This document shows positions 21,837 through 34,314 of a DNA stretch of 64,000 nucleotides, in pieces. The translations under genes and the position numbers were made by a program. The notes beneath the pieces were generated by a model. That model saw nothing but the letters and a program-made list of their open reading frames with translations, was not told the origin of the DNA and searched no databases. Source of the DNA: Camelus dromedarius (lineage: Eukaryota). The stretch is taken from NCBI RefSeq assembly GCF_036321535.1, contig NC_087436.1, forward strand, positions 123,196,001 through 123,260,000. Direction: 5' to 3'. The first letter of the stretch is position 1. Each line of letters opens with the position of its first letter.

Positions 21837-23081
21837 CCTCCTGGCGGAGTCTGAGGGCCAGGCCAGCATCCCCCATGCACCCCCGGCCACAGGCCAGTAG
21901 AGCACGCACGAGGGAGCAATCCCTGGAGGTACCTTGTTGCGGATGCTCAGCAGCACATAGGCCCGCAACCCTGTCCATCCAGGTGGGGTGGGGCAGGCTG
22001 GTGGGACAACTCCTTACCCAGAGGCCGGCCCCTCACAGCAAGCCACTTCAGAGCTGCTGGGGTCAGGGTGGCTGGGGGGGGCCGGGCACACACTGCTGCG
22101 GCTTGGTTGGTGCTGACCTCTGGGCGGCCTCCGGGCCCAGCTCCCGCTCTGAGCCACGTTGTCCAGCAGTGCCCTCAAGGTTACCACTGCCCCAAGCACT
22201 GTTTTCTCACCAGGATATGGAAGAAAATTAATAAGTGAGAAACCCTAAGTAAATGAATCCTGGCATATAAGTAAGTATAAACTCTATAAACTTGTATACC
22301 TATTTTTATATGAAACAGAGGCAGCAGCCAGCCTATTGTCCATTGGTTTACTTTCTAGGTGATCCAATGTCTTTCCTTAATTTGCTGCTTTTCAGCCCAG
22401 TAATTGACAGAGAAAAAACCCACCAAAATGGAAAAAGAAAACTTAACTTGGGAAGATAGTGCACAAATATCATGACACCCCCAACCTGAATTCTAAGCAC
22501 TTCTTAGGGTGACTGATGGGAGAAAACCTGGTGGTTCCGCAAAGCAATCTTGTGTTCTCTCTCCCTGGTCCCGTGATGTGTGGCCGTGGCCACCTGGGAT
22601 ACACCGAGGGCAGGAGGCCGGGCAGACCAGCAGTTCTGGCCACTCTGGCCCTCCTGCAGCACCTGGATGGCCTTGCTTGCTGTTGCCCAGGCCTGGGCTC
22701 GGCCTCGTGCCCCTGCTGTGGTGCCTATGCTGTTCCTGTCCCTGAAGCCTGGCCCATGCCTTCACCTCCACTCTTTATACACATGGGTCAGATCATGCTG
22801 TCCCACTCAGGAACTTTCAAGAGCTGCCCTTTTTCTGAATGAAAGTAGAACCTCGTGGACCTGGCCCTTCTCTGTGAGCCACAGGGGGCTGGGGGCAAAT
22901 TGACAAGGGGCTCCCGTGTGGGGGCCCCGAGAATAAACAGGTGGGTGACTGAGGCTGGTGTGCTTCCTGGACACACTAGGTGGCGGGAAAGTGAACCTGC
23001 CTGTGTTGATGAGACCGGAGGAGGGGAAGGGCCACCAGGATATGGGCCTGGACCATCTCAGGGCCTGGACGTTTTAGGAGT

Positions 23082-23435
23082 GTGGACTCATTTCCTGTGA
23101 CTGCTGTCACAAAGCACCAGAAATTGTATGGCTTAAAACAGCCAGTTTTTACTCTCTCACGGTCTGGAGGCCAGAAGCCCGAGGTCGGGGTGTGGGCGTG
23201 GGCGTGGGCGTGGGTGGTTCCTTCTGGAAGCTCCAAGGGAGACTCCCTACAGGCTTCTGGTGGCTGTGGGCAATCCCGGATCTTCTCCTCCCTCTGCATG
23301 TGTCCTCTGCCCCTCATAAGGACACCTGCTGGCTTTAAGTCCACTGTAGTCCAGAGTGATCTGCAAAGACCTGATTTCCAAATGAGGCCATGTCCTGAGA
23401 GAACAAGAATTTGGAGGGACAGTACTGAACAACAT
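23082..23435 (-). mobile_element. MaLR (MLT1-type) solo LTR
   Basis: ctgctgtcacaaagcacca...ggcttaaaaca...tctggaggccagaagcccgagg...cttctggaagctccaagggaga is a reverse-oriented MLT1 signature. Confidence 0.7.
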
Positions 23436-25468
23436 TGAACCCTGTACAGAACTCGTGGAGGTTCGCGGTCTGCTGACTCCTTCCCACCCAGGGAAGCAGC
23501 TGAGGACCCCTAGGGCCGGCATCCCTTCCCTGGCCAGGGCTGCGTGGGAGGCATAAAGACTTGGAGCCAGGTCATCTGTCAGATCAGTATTCTAACAAAC
23601 CAGAAACATTAAAACTAATTACTGAAGGGAAAAAGTTTTCTGAAAATAAGTTGTAGTTGTCTTATTTGCAGACATTTTCAGAAAACAGGCCTAGTCGCTG
23701 TGAACAGGTCACTCTTCTCTTCCTGGCTGATTGGGCATGAGCGGTGTTGGTGCCAGGGCTCCGGGTTCAGCTGGGAGGCTTGACTCTGCAGGTGACAGGC
23801 CCCCAACTGCTCTGACCAGGATCTGCTCCTCCGTCAGGACCCCTCGGGCCTTCCCCAAAACCACAGCACGGAGACTTGGCCTCTGCCTCACTCATTTTAG
23901 CGGCTTTATTTCCACCTGTTCTTCCATGTCTCGGCCTCGGTTCCCCTCGTGTGTGCCCACCCCGGACCCTGTGCCCACCCCTGTGAACTGGCCCTGCTGG
24001 GACACTGAATTTGCTGGGAGCCCCCCGCATACCCATCTGCAGGACCGTCTGTTGGGCAGGCCCTTGGCGGCAGGGCCTCCTGCTCCCTCCAGCACGCCCA
24101 CCGGGGGAGCTGCTTCTCCTTTGGGTGTAACTCAGGCTCTCTTTCCTAAAATGCTGGGCTTCACTTCTCCCACGCTGAAGCTCGCTGCCCCTGTGGAGCT
24201 GCCTGTGCCTGGGAGCTCTGCCCCGCCTGGCCTCCCTGCCTCTTGCTGTCCCCACCCCGTTCCCTGGGGGCTGCCAGAGGTCACGCCCTCTGCTGCCTAC
24301 CCACCCAGACTTTCTAGAGCCTGCGCCCAGCTCCAGGGTCCCTTGCACACCACTGTCTCTTTGTTGGCTCAGGGGTCACCTGATCCATGGCTAATGTGTT
24401 GTGAGGGCTCATTGTGGGCCAGGCCCTGTGTGTCCAGCACTTTGGGTCACTGCCTCCATTAATCCTGGAAAACAGTCACTTTACAGGTGGGAGAAAGAAC
24501 TGAAGTTTCGGGCCATGCCGTGGGCCTAGGTTGGGGCTGGTGTGGGGGGAGCAGGGCCTGAGCGCAATCCTTCTTGGTGCCAGGGCCCCTTGCCTTGTTC
24601 TAGGCACAAGCAGGACCAAGGTTCTGTTCTAAGTGTCATTTGTGGGCCCAGGTGTGGAGTGGACAGTGGGACAACCTCCATCTCCCTCCAGACCTCTGTG
24701 CTTTCTGCCTACTGCCTGCTCACTGCCCCTTCAGGGTTGTCTGGACCCAAAAGTCAGCCTTTTCTCAAAACTCAACACCTCTGTCTTCTTGGTTGAGTGG
24801 CTCCATCCCTAGGCTGGTCCCCAAGCCCTTCAAGTCAGCATCTACTAATTCATTTCAGTTTTTGTTCAACAAATACCAACTGGGGCAGATGCCAGGGACC
24901 GAGGGTGCCCCACACCCTGCCACGTGCCCTAATTCAAGAGCTTGTGCTCACTCTTGGGAGGCTGTAGAGTAAAGAGATTTCTACATGCTTTTTATTGTAC
25001 TAAGTGCAGAGATCTGGTTGTATTTATGTGTGAGGCACATCTCAACCTGGACAAGCCACACTTCAAAGACTCGACAGCTGCTTGTGGGGAGCTGCTGCTG
25101 ACCAGTCTGACTTAGGCAGGTCGCTTCCCTGCACGTGGCCTCTATTTTGATCAGGAAAAGCAGTAACCATGATAAATTGCAACGTAATGTAAGACACGCA
25201 CACCCACCCTCGAGATTCAGTTTGCACCGCCATAAAAAGTAACACAAAACCCTCGCGGTTTATGGTGTCATTCTCTGTTTTGGTCCCCATTTCTCTTCTT
25301 CCTTTAAACATACGAGGTTCCAGGAGCTCCCCTCATGCTCTGGGTCACGCCCACCTCCACTTGGTTGCAGGTCACTCCTGGAGGTGTTTTTTGTGCTTCG
25401 ACCACAGAAGCTTGTGTCCTGCATGTTGTACAGTATTGTTTTGTATCTTTGTAAACTTCACATAGTGG

Positions 25469-26440
25469 TGTCTACTGAGAAGGGTTCCTGGACCCAATTC
25501 AGCGAGTGTGGGTGGAGGCTTCTCCACACCACTGAGCAACTCTCAAGCCAGCTGGGTGTCCGAGAATCCAGCTCAACTCCCCACTACCAACCTGGCATAG
25601 ACTCAGATTCTGTTGCAACTCCACCTCAGATACCACTGCAAGTCCAGTCACCTGTGCTTGACCGACTGGCTACAAATCAGAGGTTCCCACGGTCCCCTGG
25701 GGTCGTTCCACTAATTTGCTAGAACGGCTGACGGAACTCTGGAAAACCTGGTGTTGACTCACTAGATCACCAATTTATTATTCAAGGGCATTAACGGATA
25801 CGGATCGACAACCAGATGAAGAGATACACAGGGTGAGGTCCTGAACAAGGAAGCCTCTGTCCTCATGGAGCTGGGGGCCAGCACGGTGGCACATAAAAAC
25901 TCTCTGGTTCCCTGACATGGAAACTCTCCAAAAAGGACCAAACAGTGCTTTTTTTGAGGGGAAGGGGTGGGGACGGGCGGTTATGGAGGCTTCATTACAC
26001 ACTTACGATTGACTGAGTCGTTGGCCAGTAGTGACTGACTGAACCTCAGCGTCCCCCCTCCCCAGAAATAGGGGTGTGGGGTGGGGGCAATGGGACTGAA
26101 AGTTCCAAACCTCTGATCACATGGCTAGTTCTCCTGCAACCAGCCCCCACCCTGGGGGTGGGGTCCAAAAGTCAGCTCATTAGCATAAACCCAACAGTGA
26201 TGGAGAGGGCTTGTTACAGGGAACAAGACAGCTATTTCACCTTTGTGGCCCGGAAAGGACTTTCAGAAACTGAAGACGAGAGACCAAACATTGTAACAAA
26301 ATGAGCGCCCATCCCTCTTACCGGTAGGAAAATTCCAAGAGTTTTGGGAACTGTGAGTCAGGAACTGTGCATGAAGACAAAATATATCTGAGAGACACAT
26401 TCTGGTCATACACATGTTTCGTAAGTTATAATATCGCTTG
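25469..26440 (-). mobile_element. MER21-like solo LTR
   Basis: ccagctgggtgtcc...ctacaaatcagaggttcccac...tggaggcttcattaca...gaaattccaagagtttt resembles MER21-family LTRs. Confidence 0.65.
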
Positions 26441-27061
26441 TACTGTGTCAGTCTCAGCACTGTGTCTCTGAGGTTTGTCGGTGGTGCTTCCTGGAACCCT
26501 GGTTCTCCCGTTCTAACCGGTGTGCTCAGGCAGCTGCCCTCCGCTCAGTTAGCGTTTCCCCAGGGCCAGCCCTAGGTCATTTCCTTTTCCACCGTCATGT
26601 TGAGTCTTGAACAAAACCCCTACCTGTCTTGTTCCCAGGTAGGACTCTCTGGGCCCCAAGCCCAGGTATGATGTGGGGTGTGGCATTTCAGCTCTGCCAG
26701 GAGCTGCAGGAAGCGTCACCCTGAGGTTCCCCGATGGGGATCAGCACGACTTGCCACCCTGGCAAATTAGGGCCATCTTCCTCAGCTCCCTCAGAAACCA
26801 CCTCACTTTTTCCTCCGGCTGCTGGCTGGGAAGCAGCATCTCAGGGCTGTCCAGTGAGGTGCCGACTGCTCAGCAACTTCTGCTTTCTTTCTCCCCAGCG
26901 TCAAAAACAGGTGCTGGTCTTTCCACCTGTTGACTTCTAGGAGTTCATGACACCTACCCTGGGTCTGCTTCTCCGGGAGTGTCTCATCACGGAGTGGAGT
27001 TGTCTTCCATCTGTTTGTCAAAAAGTAAATCGCACGTATTAATCCTTTCCTTTCTGGCTTG

Positions 27062-27462
27062 TGATACAGAAAACAAGGATTAAGCCGTCTGCCGCGGTGG
27101 TGCTGACAGGCAGTAGACCCTGAGGGGACTCAGGAGGAAACCCGGCCCCTAGAGAGTTAGATGCACAGGTCAGGAATAATTTTAATGAAGCCAGGCTCTT
27201 GTGTCTTCCCGTGTATGGAAAAGCACTGAAATCTTGACCGCAAGAGATGGGTCCTTTGTGAAAGGCAGTAATATTTTACCAGGACGTGCCCTTGACTGCA
27301 CCTGCTCCCCAGCCGGAGATCGCACATAAACCAGGCTTCTCCGCGGCCTCTTGGGAGCAGACTCTCGGAGCCGCTGAGCCGCTGCCTCTGGGCTGCAGAT
27401 CTCAGCAGGGCCTTGAGTAAAACTTAAACTCAGCGTGTTTGTTGTGCATTTTAAAGTTGACA
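27062..27462 (+). mobile_element. ERV1-type solo LTR
   Basis: TG...CA ends with a perfect 4-bp TSD CTTG. Its 3' end tgttgtgcattttaaa..gttgaca is shared with the LTR at 29752-30209. Confidence 0.75.
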
Positions 27463-27567
27463 CTTGTCTCCCTGTTTCTCGCTTAAGGAATTCTCCCTAT
27501 CCTGATGTTTTGAAGATATTTTTCCTTTTCTTGTAAAGATTTTGTAGTTTTGCTTTTATATTTAGGT

Positions 27568-28082
27568 TGTTGGGGCTCAGGGTAGGCTGCCCCAGAACGT
27601 ACCTTGATGGCATATTGACTGTTTTGAATTAAGGTTCCTGAAGAAACTGTCAATGTGAGAGGGACACTTTGAGCCTTCTCTCTGCTCCCTGAAATCAGGA
27701 AATAAGCCTCTCACGTGAAAGGCACCTTCTCTGGGCCTGAAGGTAGACAGGGAACTAGGGCTGGGACGCCTGTGTAACCAAACCTCGTCACTTTTTACGT
27801 TTACTACCCTAAGCCCAAACTCTGTTTACATTCTTCTCTAACTGAGCTCTCAAACCTAAGCTTCTTTGTTCTGTCAATTCCTCACCAATTTATGTAGGTC
27901 AGCGACTGCATTTTACCCTTAATGTCTGATGCCTGCTTTGGCTAGTACGTAGGTCTTATTTCTGTGAGAATTTTTGAATTTCGTTTCCTTTTCTCTTGTT
28001 AATCTGTCTTTTGCCAATTTTATTATTAGTCTACCGACAAGAACTCAATATGGGCAGGGGTTGAATTCTGTCCTCCCCAGCA
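27568..28082 (+). mobile_element. ERV1-type solo LTR inserted in antisense L1
   Basis: TGTTGGGG...CCCCAGCA with near-TSD AGGT/AGGC, splitting the L1 text tttaggt|ctttaatccatctgg. Paralogous to 30278-30808. Confidence 0.75.
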
Positions 28083-28167
28083 AGGCCTTTAATCCATCTG
28101 GGAATTTATCTTTATTTATCATGTAAGGTAGAGATCTCACTTTATCCTTTATTATTACGTATACATG

Positions 28168-28635
28168 TGTTAATCAAAATTCTAGAAACTGAGATGAGAC
28201 CTGATTAAAATAAAAAGCATTTATTTGGGGTTTGTTAGGACTGTAGCCCAGGAGGCACAGATTTGAGAATCCCTTGAACTGTGTTCTGCCAGACCTCAAA
28301 GATAGGGAGGTGTGCAAAGGCCAAGTCTGCAAGGTTACAGTTAAGTTACATGAGTAGTTTATCAAGAATTAAGACTGGAGCTGGCAGCACGTGAGGGTGT
28401 TTTTTAAATAAGGATCAGTTGGGGTTGAAATAGTCCCATAGTTATAAGGGAGACCTTGAGACCATAAGGTTGCAGCTGGCAGCAGTTAGCAAATATTGTT
28501 TTGAGAACAGCTGGTGGTGTCCTTGAGTTCAGAGAAAATGCAAGTTTTCTGTGGTGCAGGGACATGTCTGAGACCAGGTCTTCAGTGACTGCCTGACTCC
28601 ACTTTTGTATGCTGAACTGTGATCACGCTGTTACA
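28168..28635 (-). mobile_element. Probable solo LTR (reverse orientation)
   Basis: Begins tgttaatcaaaa, has tttatt (AATAAA on minus) near its left end, and shares ggaggcacaga with 31052-31424. Confidence 0.5.
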
Positions 28636-28641
28636 CTTTCA

Positions 28642-28780
28642 TTTTTCGGGGTGGGGGGTGGGGTGGGGGGAGGCAATTCGGTTTATTTATTTATTTATAG
28701 AGGAGGTCCTGGGGATTGATCCCAGGACCTTGTGCATGCTCAGCACACGCACCATTTCCTCCCTTTGAGCTACTCTCCCC
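28642..28780 (-). mobile_element. tRNA-derived camelid-type SINE
   Basis: Reverse complement of the SINE: tttatttattt...ctggggattgatcccaggaccttgtgcatgct...tgagctac. Flanked by acactttca / acactgtca. Confidence 0.85.
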
Positions 28781-28984
28781 GACACTGTCACATGTTCAAT
28801 CTGTCATCATGTGTGTGCACGCCTATCTGTCACTCACCCAACCATCCATCTCCTGTATCACTTTATCTTTATTGTCTGAAGAGCTAACTTTTCTTGCACT
28901 TTTTCTTTTTTATCATGTTAAGCCAATTATTTCAGTGCCTTTATTAAATCTGTTATTTTTAAGTGGTTATAACATCATCACTCA

Positions 28985-29222
28985 GGTAGGGGAGCAAATT
29001 TGCCACCCCAAAATGTGTCTCTTGGGCATATTATTTCAAGCTAGCTATTTTCTAAGAAATAGTGGATATGGGAAAAATTTTGAAAACCAAATAGGAATTA
29101 CCCTTTTGTAAGAAACGTTTCCGTTTGTTAAGAGTGTCTCCTGTCAATCTGCCTCATGTCAATTTAATTCTCAGATCAGCTGGAAGAACCTAGAAGGCAG
29201 GAAAATTTTCTCCTCCCTAACA
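28985..29222 (+). mobile_element. Short, internally deleted ERV1-type (MER34-like) LTR
   Basis: gtaggggagcaaatttgccaccccaaaatgtgtctc...ctccctaaca, flanked by a perfect 4-bp TSD CTCA. Confidence 0.65.
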
Positions 29223-29751
29223 CTCACATACACTAATCGTCTGCATTTACACAAATTTCCTCCTATGTTACTCTTTTTTTTTTTTTTTTTTTTTACTGAT
29301 TGGCATGTCCAATATCCTCCTTTAAAATTTTGCTCTTGGCCCTGTCCACGTGCATTTTAGACAAGATGGTCATGTGCCCTGCAGAACCTAGCCAGGATGC
29401 AGGTTGGAATCACACTGAGTCTGCAGGCTCCTTTGGGGATAATGCTGTCCTGTTAATTTTGAATAGGTCTACTTCTCTCTTTTGGGTCTTACATTTTTCA
29501 ACAAAGCTTAATACTTTTCTCTGTAATTGTCTTGCATCTTGCATGACTTTTGTTAAGATTTTTCCCTGAGATGTATTTTAGTTTTTGTGGCTATTGTAAA
29601 TGTTGTCTTTTAAAAGTTTTTATTTTTTATTTGGCTGTTGCCAGTTTAAAGACTATTACTGACCTGGTATACTAATTTTGTATCCAACAGCATGCAAACT
29701 TTTCTTTTCAGTTTTAATAATCTGTCTATTTCCAATATCATCTGCGACTAA

Positions 29752-30209
29752 TGTAAAACAAAGAATGTTGCCTTCCATCTATTCAGCAAGGACCAAGTCT
29801 TTAGCCACTGCAGCCACTGACCTACATTACACCCCAAAAGGAATTCAGGGTGGGAAAAACAGGATGAAGCGTTCTGTATTTTGGATAGATGGGCCCCTAG
29901 ACAGTTAAGATGTGTAGGAAGAATTTCAATGACCTCAGATTCTTGCATCTTCCCGCACATAGATAAGCACTAAAATCATTATTTTGAGATATTTGGGTTT
30001 TTTGGTGATTAGCAGTAATCTTTTACCAAAATATATGCTTAACACATGTATTTCCCAGCCCCAAATTCTCATAGTCTGACTCCTCCCCTACCTCTTCGGA
30101 GCAGTTCCTCAGAGCTACTGGCACGCTGTCTCTTGAGCTATCATCCTCAATAAAGTCCCCGAATAAAGCTGAAAATCTTATGTTGTGCATTTTAAAATTT
30201 CAGTTGACA
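29752..30209 (+). mobile_element. ERV1-type solo LTR
   Basis: TG...CA, AATAAA at 30162-30167, near-TSD CTAA/TTAA. Interrupts antisense L1 text (atcatctgcg...taat). Confidence 0.75.
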
Positions 30210-30277
30210 TTAATAATGGTTTTGTTTCTCGCTCTCTAAACCCTCTGCAAGTGATCCAAGTGTTCTTGCTAAGACCT

Positions 30278-30808
30278 TGTTTGGGACCCAGGGCAGGCCA
30301 CCCAAATGTGCTTCAATAGCATGATGATTATTTAGAATTAAATTTCCTTAAGAAATGGCCCATGCAGGAGGGACACTTTGACCCTCCTCTCTGTCTCCCT
30401 GAAAGCAGGAAATAAGTCTCCCATGGAAAGGTGCCCTCCCTATACAGGAGGTAGAAAGGCACCCTTATCTACAGAGATAGAGAAATTAGGACCAAGAAGC
30501 CTGTGAAAACAAACCTTGTTATTTATTTTACTTATTTATTACCCAAACCCAAATTTTGCTTAAATTCCTTACTATAAGCTATCAAACCTAAATTTCCTTG
30601 TTCTGTCAACTTCTCTCAAATTTATTGTTTCTTTGTCTAAAAAAAAGGTATAAAAACTGCCTACTTCGCCCACTTCTTAGATCCCATTTCTATGAGACCT
30701 CTGTGCTTGTGAATTAAATCTGTTTCCTATCAATCTGTCTTCTGTCAGTTTTACTATTAGTCCAGCCGCAAGAACTCAAGGGGGTCGGAGGAACCTCCCC
30801 TCCTGACA
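30278..30808 (+). mobile_element. ERV1-type solo LTR, same family as 27568-28082
   Basis: Shares blocks such as gagggacactttga...ccctgaaa.caggaaataag and caagaactcaa with 27568-28082. TG...CA ends. Confidence 0.75.
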
Positions 30809-31051
30809 TCTCTAACCCAAAGTTAGGTAGCGGTGGGATGGTCGGCCTCCTCTCCTGATGTCTGACTTAAATCAGTAGGTATGAGGTTTGCCTGGAATCT
30901 TGGCAGACACTTTTTAGCACATCAAGGAAGTTTCTTCTATTTTCAAATTGCTAAGAGTTTTTCTTTTTAAGGGGTAATTTGTTTTCTGCGTTTCCCCCCC
31001 CCATGTAAATGGGTATTGAATTCTATCAATTGACATAATTATCATTTGTTT

Positions 31052-31424
31052 TGTGAACCGAACCCCCCACCCCCCACCCCAGAAGTTTACAAATAAGAAA
31101 AGAGTTTATTTGGAGTCTTAGAAATTGCAATTTGGGAGGCACAGACTCAGGTTAAACCAAGAGTGTTCTGGGAAGAGAGACTCCGAGGCCCATGAAGCTG
31201 TGCTCTGACACAGAAAGGAAGCGTTCGTCCCTGAGGGAAGTTTAGGATAAGTGTCTGATGAATACTTTGAGTTTCTGGCAGATGTCTTCATTAGCACAGT
31301 AAGTGGTCAAAAGGTCAGATTCCATCCAGGGTGACACTGTCTAAGTTAGTCTTCCTCAGTGGACTTCCAGCTGCATTTGAGACTTTCTCAGCAACAGTGA
31401 CTCCGTTTTGATTTTCCTGCCACA
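31052..31424 (-). mobile_element. Probable solo LTR (reverse orientation)
   Basis: tgtgaaccgaa...gagtttatttgg...ggaggcacagactc...ccaca. TG...CA ends, AATAAA on the minus strand. Confidence 0.5.
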
Positions 31425-32134
31425 GGTTTTCCCTGGATTTATCTGTTACTGTGGTAAATAACACTAACCTATGCTTCAATTTTAAGCCGAGCTAAAACTG
31501 TACCTAGTTTAAAAGTCAACTGTACTATTGGTTTACCCGTCTATCAATAACCAACCCCAGAAGCAACCACTTTCCTTGGTAATATGCCTCTACACTTACG
31601 GAAAAAATGGTTATAATACAACTCTCGTTATTTCCGTCTTAGATATGATTACTGATTTCTTACTATTGAACGTTGGGACTAGTTTTCTTACACCCCCCCC
31701 CACTTGACACACAGCCTTTTCTCCTCACCCTCCCAGTAGAGTCTGGGCATTTTGGGGGTCAATTCTGTATTCTACTTTGTTAAATCATAACCATTGTCCA
31801 GAGGTGAGGTATAAGGTACCCATGGCTACAGTCTCTTTCTTGTTTTCCTTGAAATTAACAGCTGACTAATGTTTTCTAGGAACCTGTGGCCGACATTCAG
31901 CAGAAGTGAGAACATCCCCTCCACGTGTTCAAGTGTCCCAGGTGATCCAGGACTTCTCTTCACGCAGACCTCCCTCCCTGCGCCCCCACCCCTCCTGACA
32001 TGGGCTCTGTGGGTCTCTGCACAGTCAGGATCCAGGGCCTCCCTTTGCTCCTCTCAGGTCCCTGCTTGCATATGCTGTGTCCCAAGATCTTGGTGGGGGC
32101 AAGTGGACCTGAATTCCCACTGAGCAACACTGGC

Positions 32135-33040
32135 CAGTCATGGATGTTTATAGCAGCTTTATTCATAGTTGGCAAAACTTGGAAGCAACCAAGATGTCCT
32201 TCAGTAGGTGCATAGATAAACTGTGGTATCTCCAGACAATGGAGTATTATTCAGCACTAAAAAGAAATGTTATCAAGCCACAAAGAGACATGTAGGACCC
32301 TTAAATACATGTTACTAAGTGAAAAAGACCAACCTGAAAAGGCTACATACTGTATAATTCCAACCAAGGAGACAATAAAAAGATCAGTGGTTTTGGGGAG
32401 GGCAGGATAAATCTGTGGTGCACAAGAAATTTTTAGGGCAGTGAAATTATTCTGTGTGATAGTGTAATGGTGGATGTATGTCAATATATGTTTTTCAGAC
32501 AAATGGCTATATAGGACAAAGAGTGAACCCTAATGTAAACTACAGACTTTAGCTGATAATAATGCATCAATATTGGCTTGTTGATTGTAACAAGTGCACC
32601 ACACTAATGCATGATGTTAGTAATAGAGGACACTGTGTGTGCAGATGGAGTATGTCATACACTGAGTCTTTCTGTACATCTAGAACTATTCTAAAAGATA
32701 AAGTCTGTTAATTAAGAAAAGACAATGGTGAAGATAAAATGGCATACTAAAAACTCTTACATTAACCCAAAGAAGGCAAGAAAGGTGAAACAGAAGAATA
32801 ACAATGAAAAAAAAAAAAAAAGAAACAAATTGGAAAATGGCAGCTCTAAATCCAATTCTATCAATAATTATATTAAATGTAAATGGAATATATATTCCAA
32901 TTAAAAGGCAGAGATCATCAGACTAGATAAAAAAAGCAGGATGCAAGATGTGAGTTTACAAGAGCCATTTTAAATACAGACACAGTAGGTTGAAATGAAA
33001 AGGATGGAAAAAGATATATGCAAATTAATCATAAGAAAGT
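32135..33040 (+). mobile_element. LINE-1 fragments (old 3' end followed by the start of an ORF2 endonuclease region)
   Basis: gatgtttatagcagctttattcatag...aaacttggaagcaaccaagatgtccttcagtaggtg, then tattaaatgtaaatgg...ccaattaaaaggcagaga. Confidence 0.85.
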
Positions 33041-33094
33041 TGGGACGTGAAGCAAGGTGAAGGCCCATTGGCGAGAATCATGTCTGAGATGCAG

Positions 33095-33490
33095 GTTACA
33101 ACTGTAACTGGCCAGGAGACGTGTGCCTCGGCCTCCAGGGGCTGGTCCACTGGGGTCCCCACTCCGGAGCTGGAACCCAAGGAGGGGCTGGGCCTGATCC
33201 AATTGCTACCTGAGCTACTCCTGGTGGTGCTGAGCCACGTGCCGCCACACACGCCACAAAGTTTTCCAGGGCTGGTACACTCTGGTAGACTGCCAGGCCC
33301 TGTGACTGATCATCCTGGCCAGGACCACGGCACCCTGAGGTGCACTGCCCACAGCCACACCCCCTGTTGACAATCCCAGGCCCTGCCTCCTGGGAAGCTT
33401 CTGCAAGTGTGGCCTATAGGACATAACCTCATCTGGAACCTCAAGGGCCAGGAAGTCCTCTGGAAATGGATGATGCTGAGGGGTGGGGAC
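33095..33490 (+). pseudogene. FBXO27: Degraded, apparently processed FBXO27 (lectin F-box) pseudogene, 5' part
   Basis: Fragments TCASASRG..VPTPELEPKEGLGLIQLLPELLLVVLSHVPPHT / HKVFQGWYTLVDCQAL*LIILAR / PIGHNLIWNLKGQEVLWKWMMLRGGD align with recalled FBXO27 MGASVSRG..VPAPEPEPEEALDLSQLPPELLLVVLSHVPPRT / RQVCRGWRALVDGQALWLLILAR / [26 protein letters not shown]. ATG is now ACG (33119), with a frameshift near 33254 and TGA at 33303. Confidence 0.85.
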
Positions 33491-34314
33491 CTGCCCATGA
33501 CCCTGGACCAGCCCCTGTTCCTGGACTTGCCCCTGACCCCAGACCTGCTCTCTCACACTTAACTCTTCACCCCACCATGTCCTTCACCACAGCAGAGCCT
33601 AGTACTGTCTGATCAGATGGCCCACAACAGTTCCCAGCTCTGTGGCCTCAAGCAGGATTTTCAGCCTCTACACCTGTTTTTACCTGTGATTAGTTCTGAT
33701 AATGGTCCCAGGTGGTAGGAAGGTCATAGCAAAGGGCCTTGCACACAGGCCTTCCCATCTCACTCAGCAACTCCCTCTGGAGCACCTGCCGCCTCCCGCC
33801 GGCCTTCTGGTCAACCCCCTATTGGCCTGGCCCCAGTACTCCTGCAACAACCCAGGGGCCACGCTGGCTAACCTGTTCCACCTCCTCCCCATTCGCACAT
33901 CTTTCCCCATTCTTTCTTGCCTTGGGGCTTTGACTTGCTGGTCCTTGCTGACCATAGCTTGTCCACACTGCTCAGGATGCCGCTCAAAAACTGCTTCCTC
34001 AGAAAAACTGTTTCTGAACATCCTCTCTGAAAGTAGCATTTTTGTCCCTCTATACTCTTCCCTGCATGGAACAACAGATCTGAGTGATACAGCCTCCTTC
34101 CATTAGAAGGTCAGCACCATGAGAGACAGTCTCTGTTTTGTTCACTGACGTACCCAGGGCCCAGGGCATACAGGCACCCACTAAGCAAATACTTGTTCGG
34201 AAACTGGAGTCGGCCTCTAACCCTTAGGACCTCAGCAAGAAGGGTCAGAGGTCATTCTGAATACTGTCTACAGGCTGCCTGAGACTGGGTGCCAAGCACG
34301 TGAAGAGCAACAAA

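Noticed and set aside
27568..30808. Provirus bounded by two similar LTRs
   Set aside because: The interior is L1 fragments, other LTRs and a SINE with no gag/pol/env. The first LTR has its own near-TSD and the two copies are clearly diverged.
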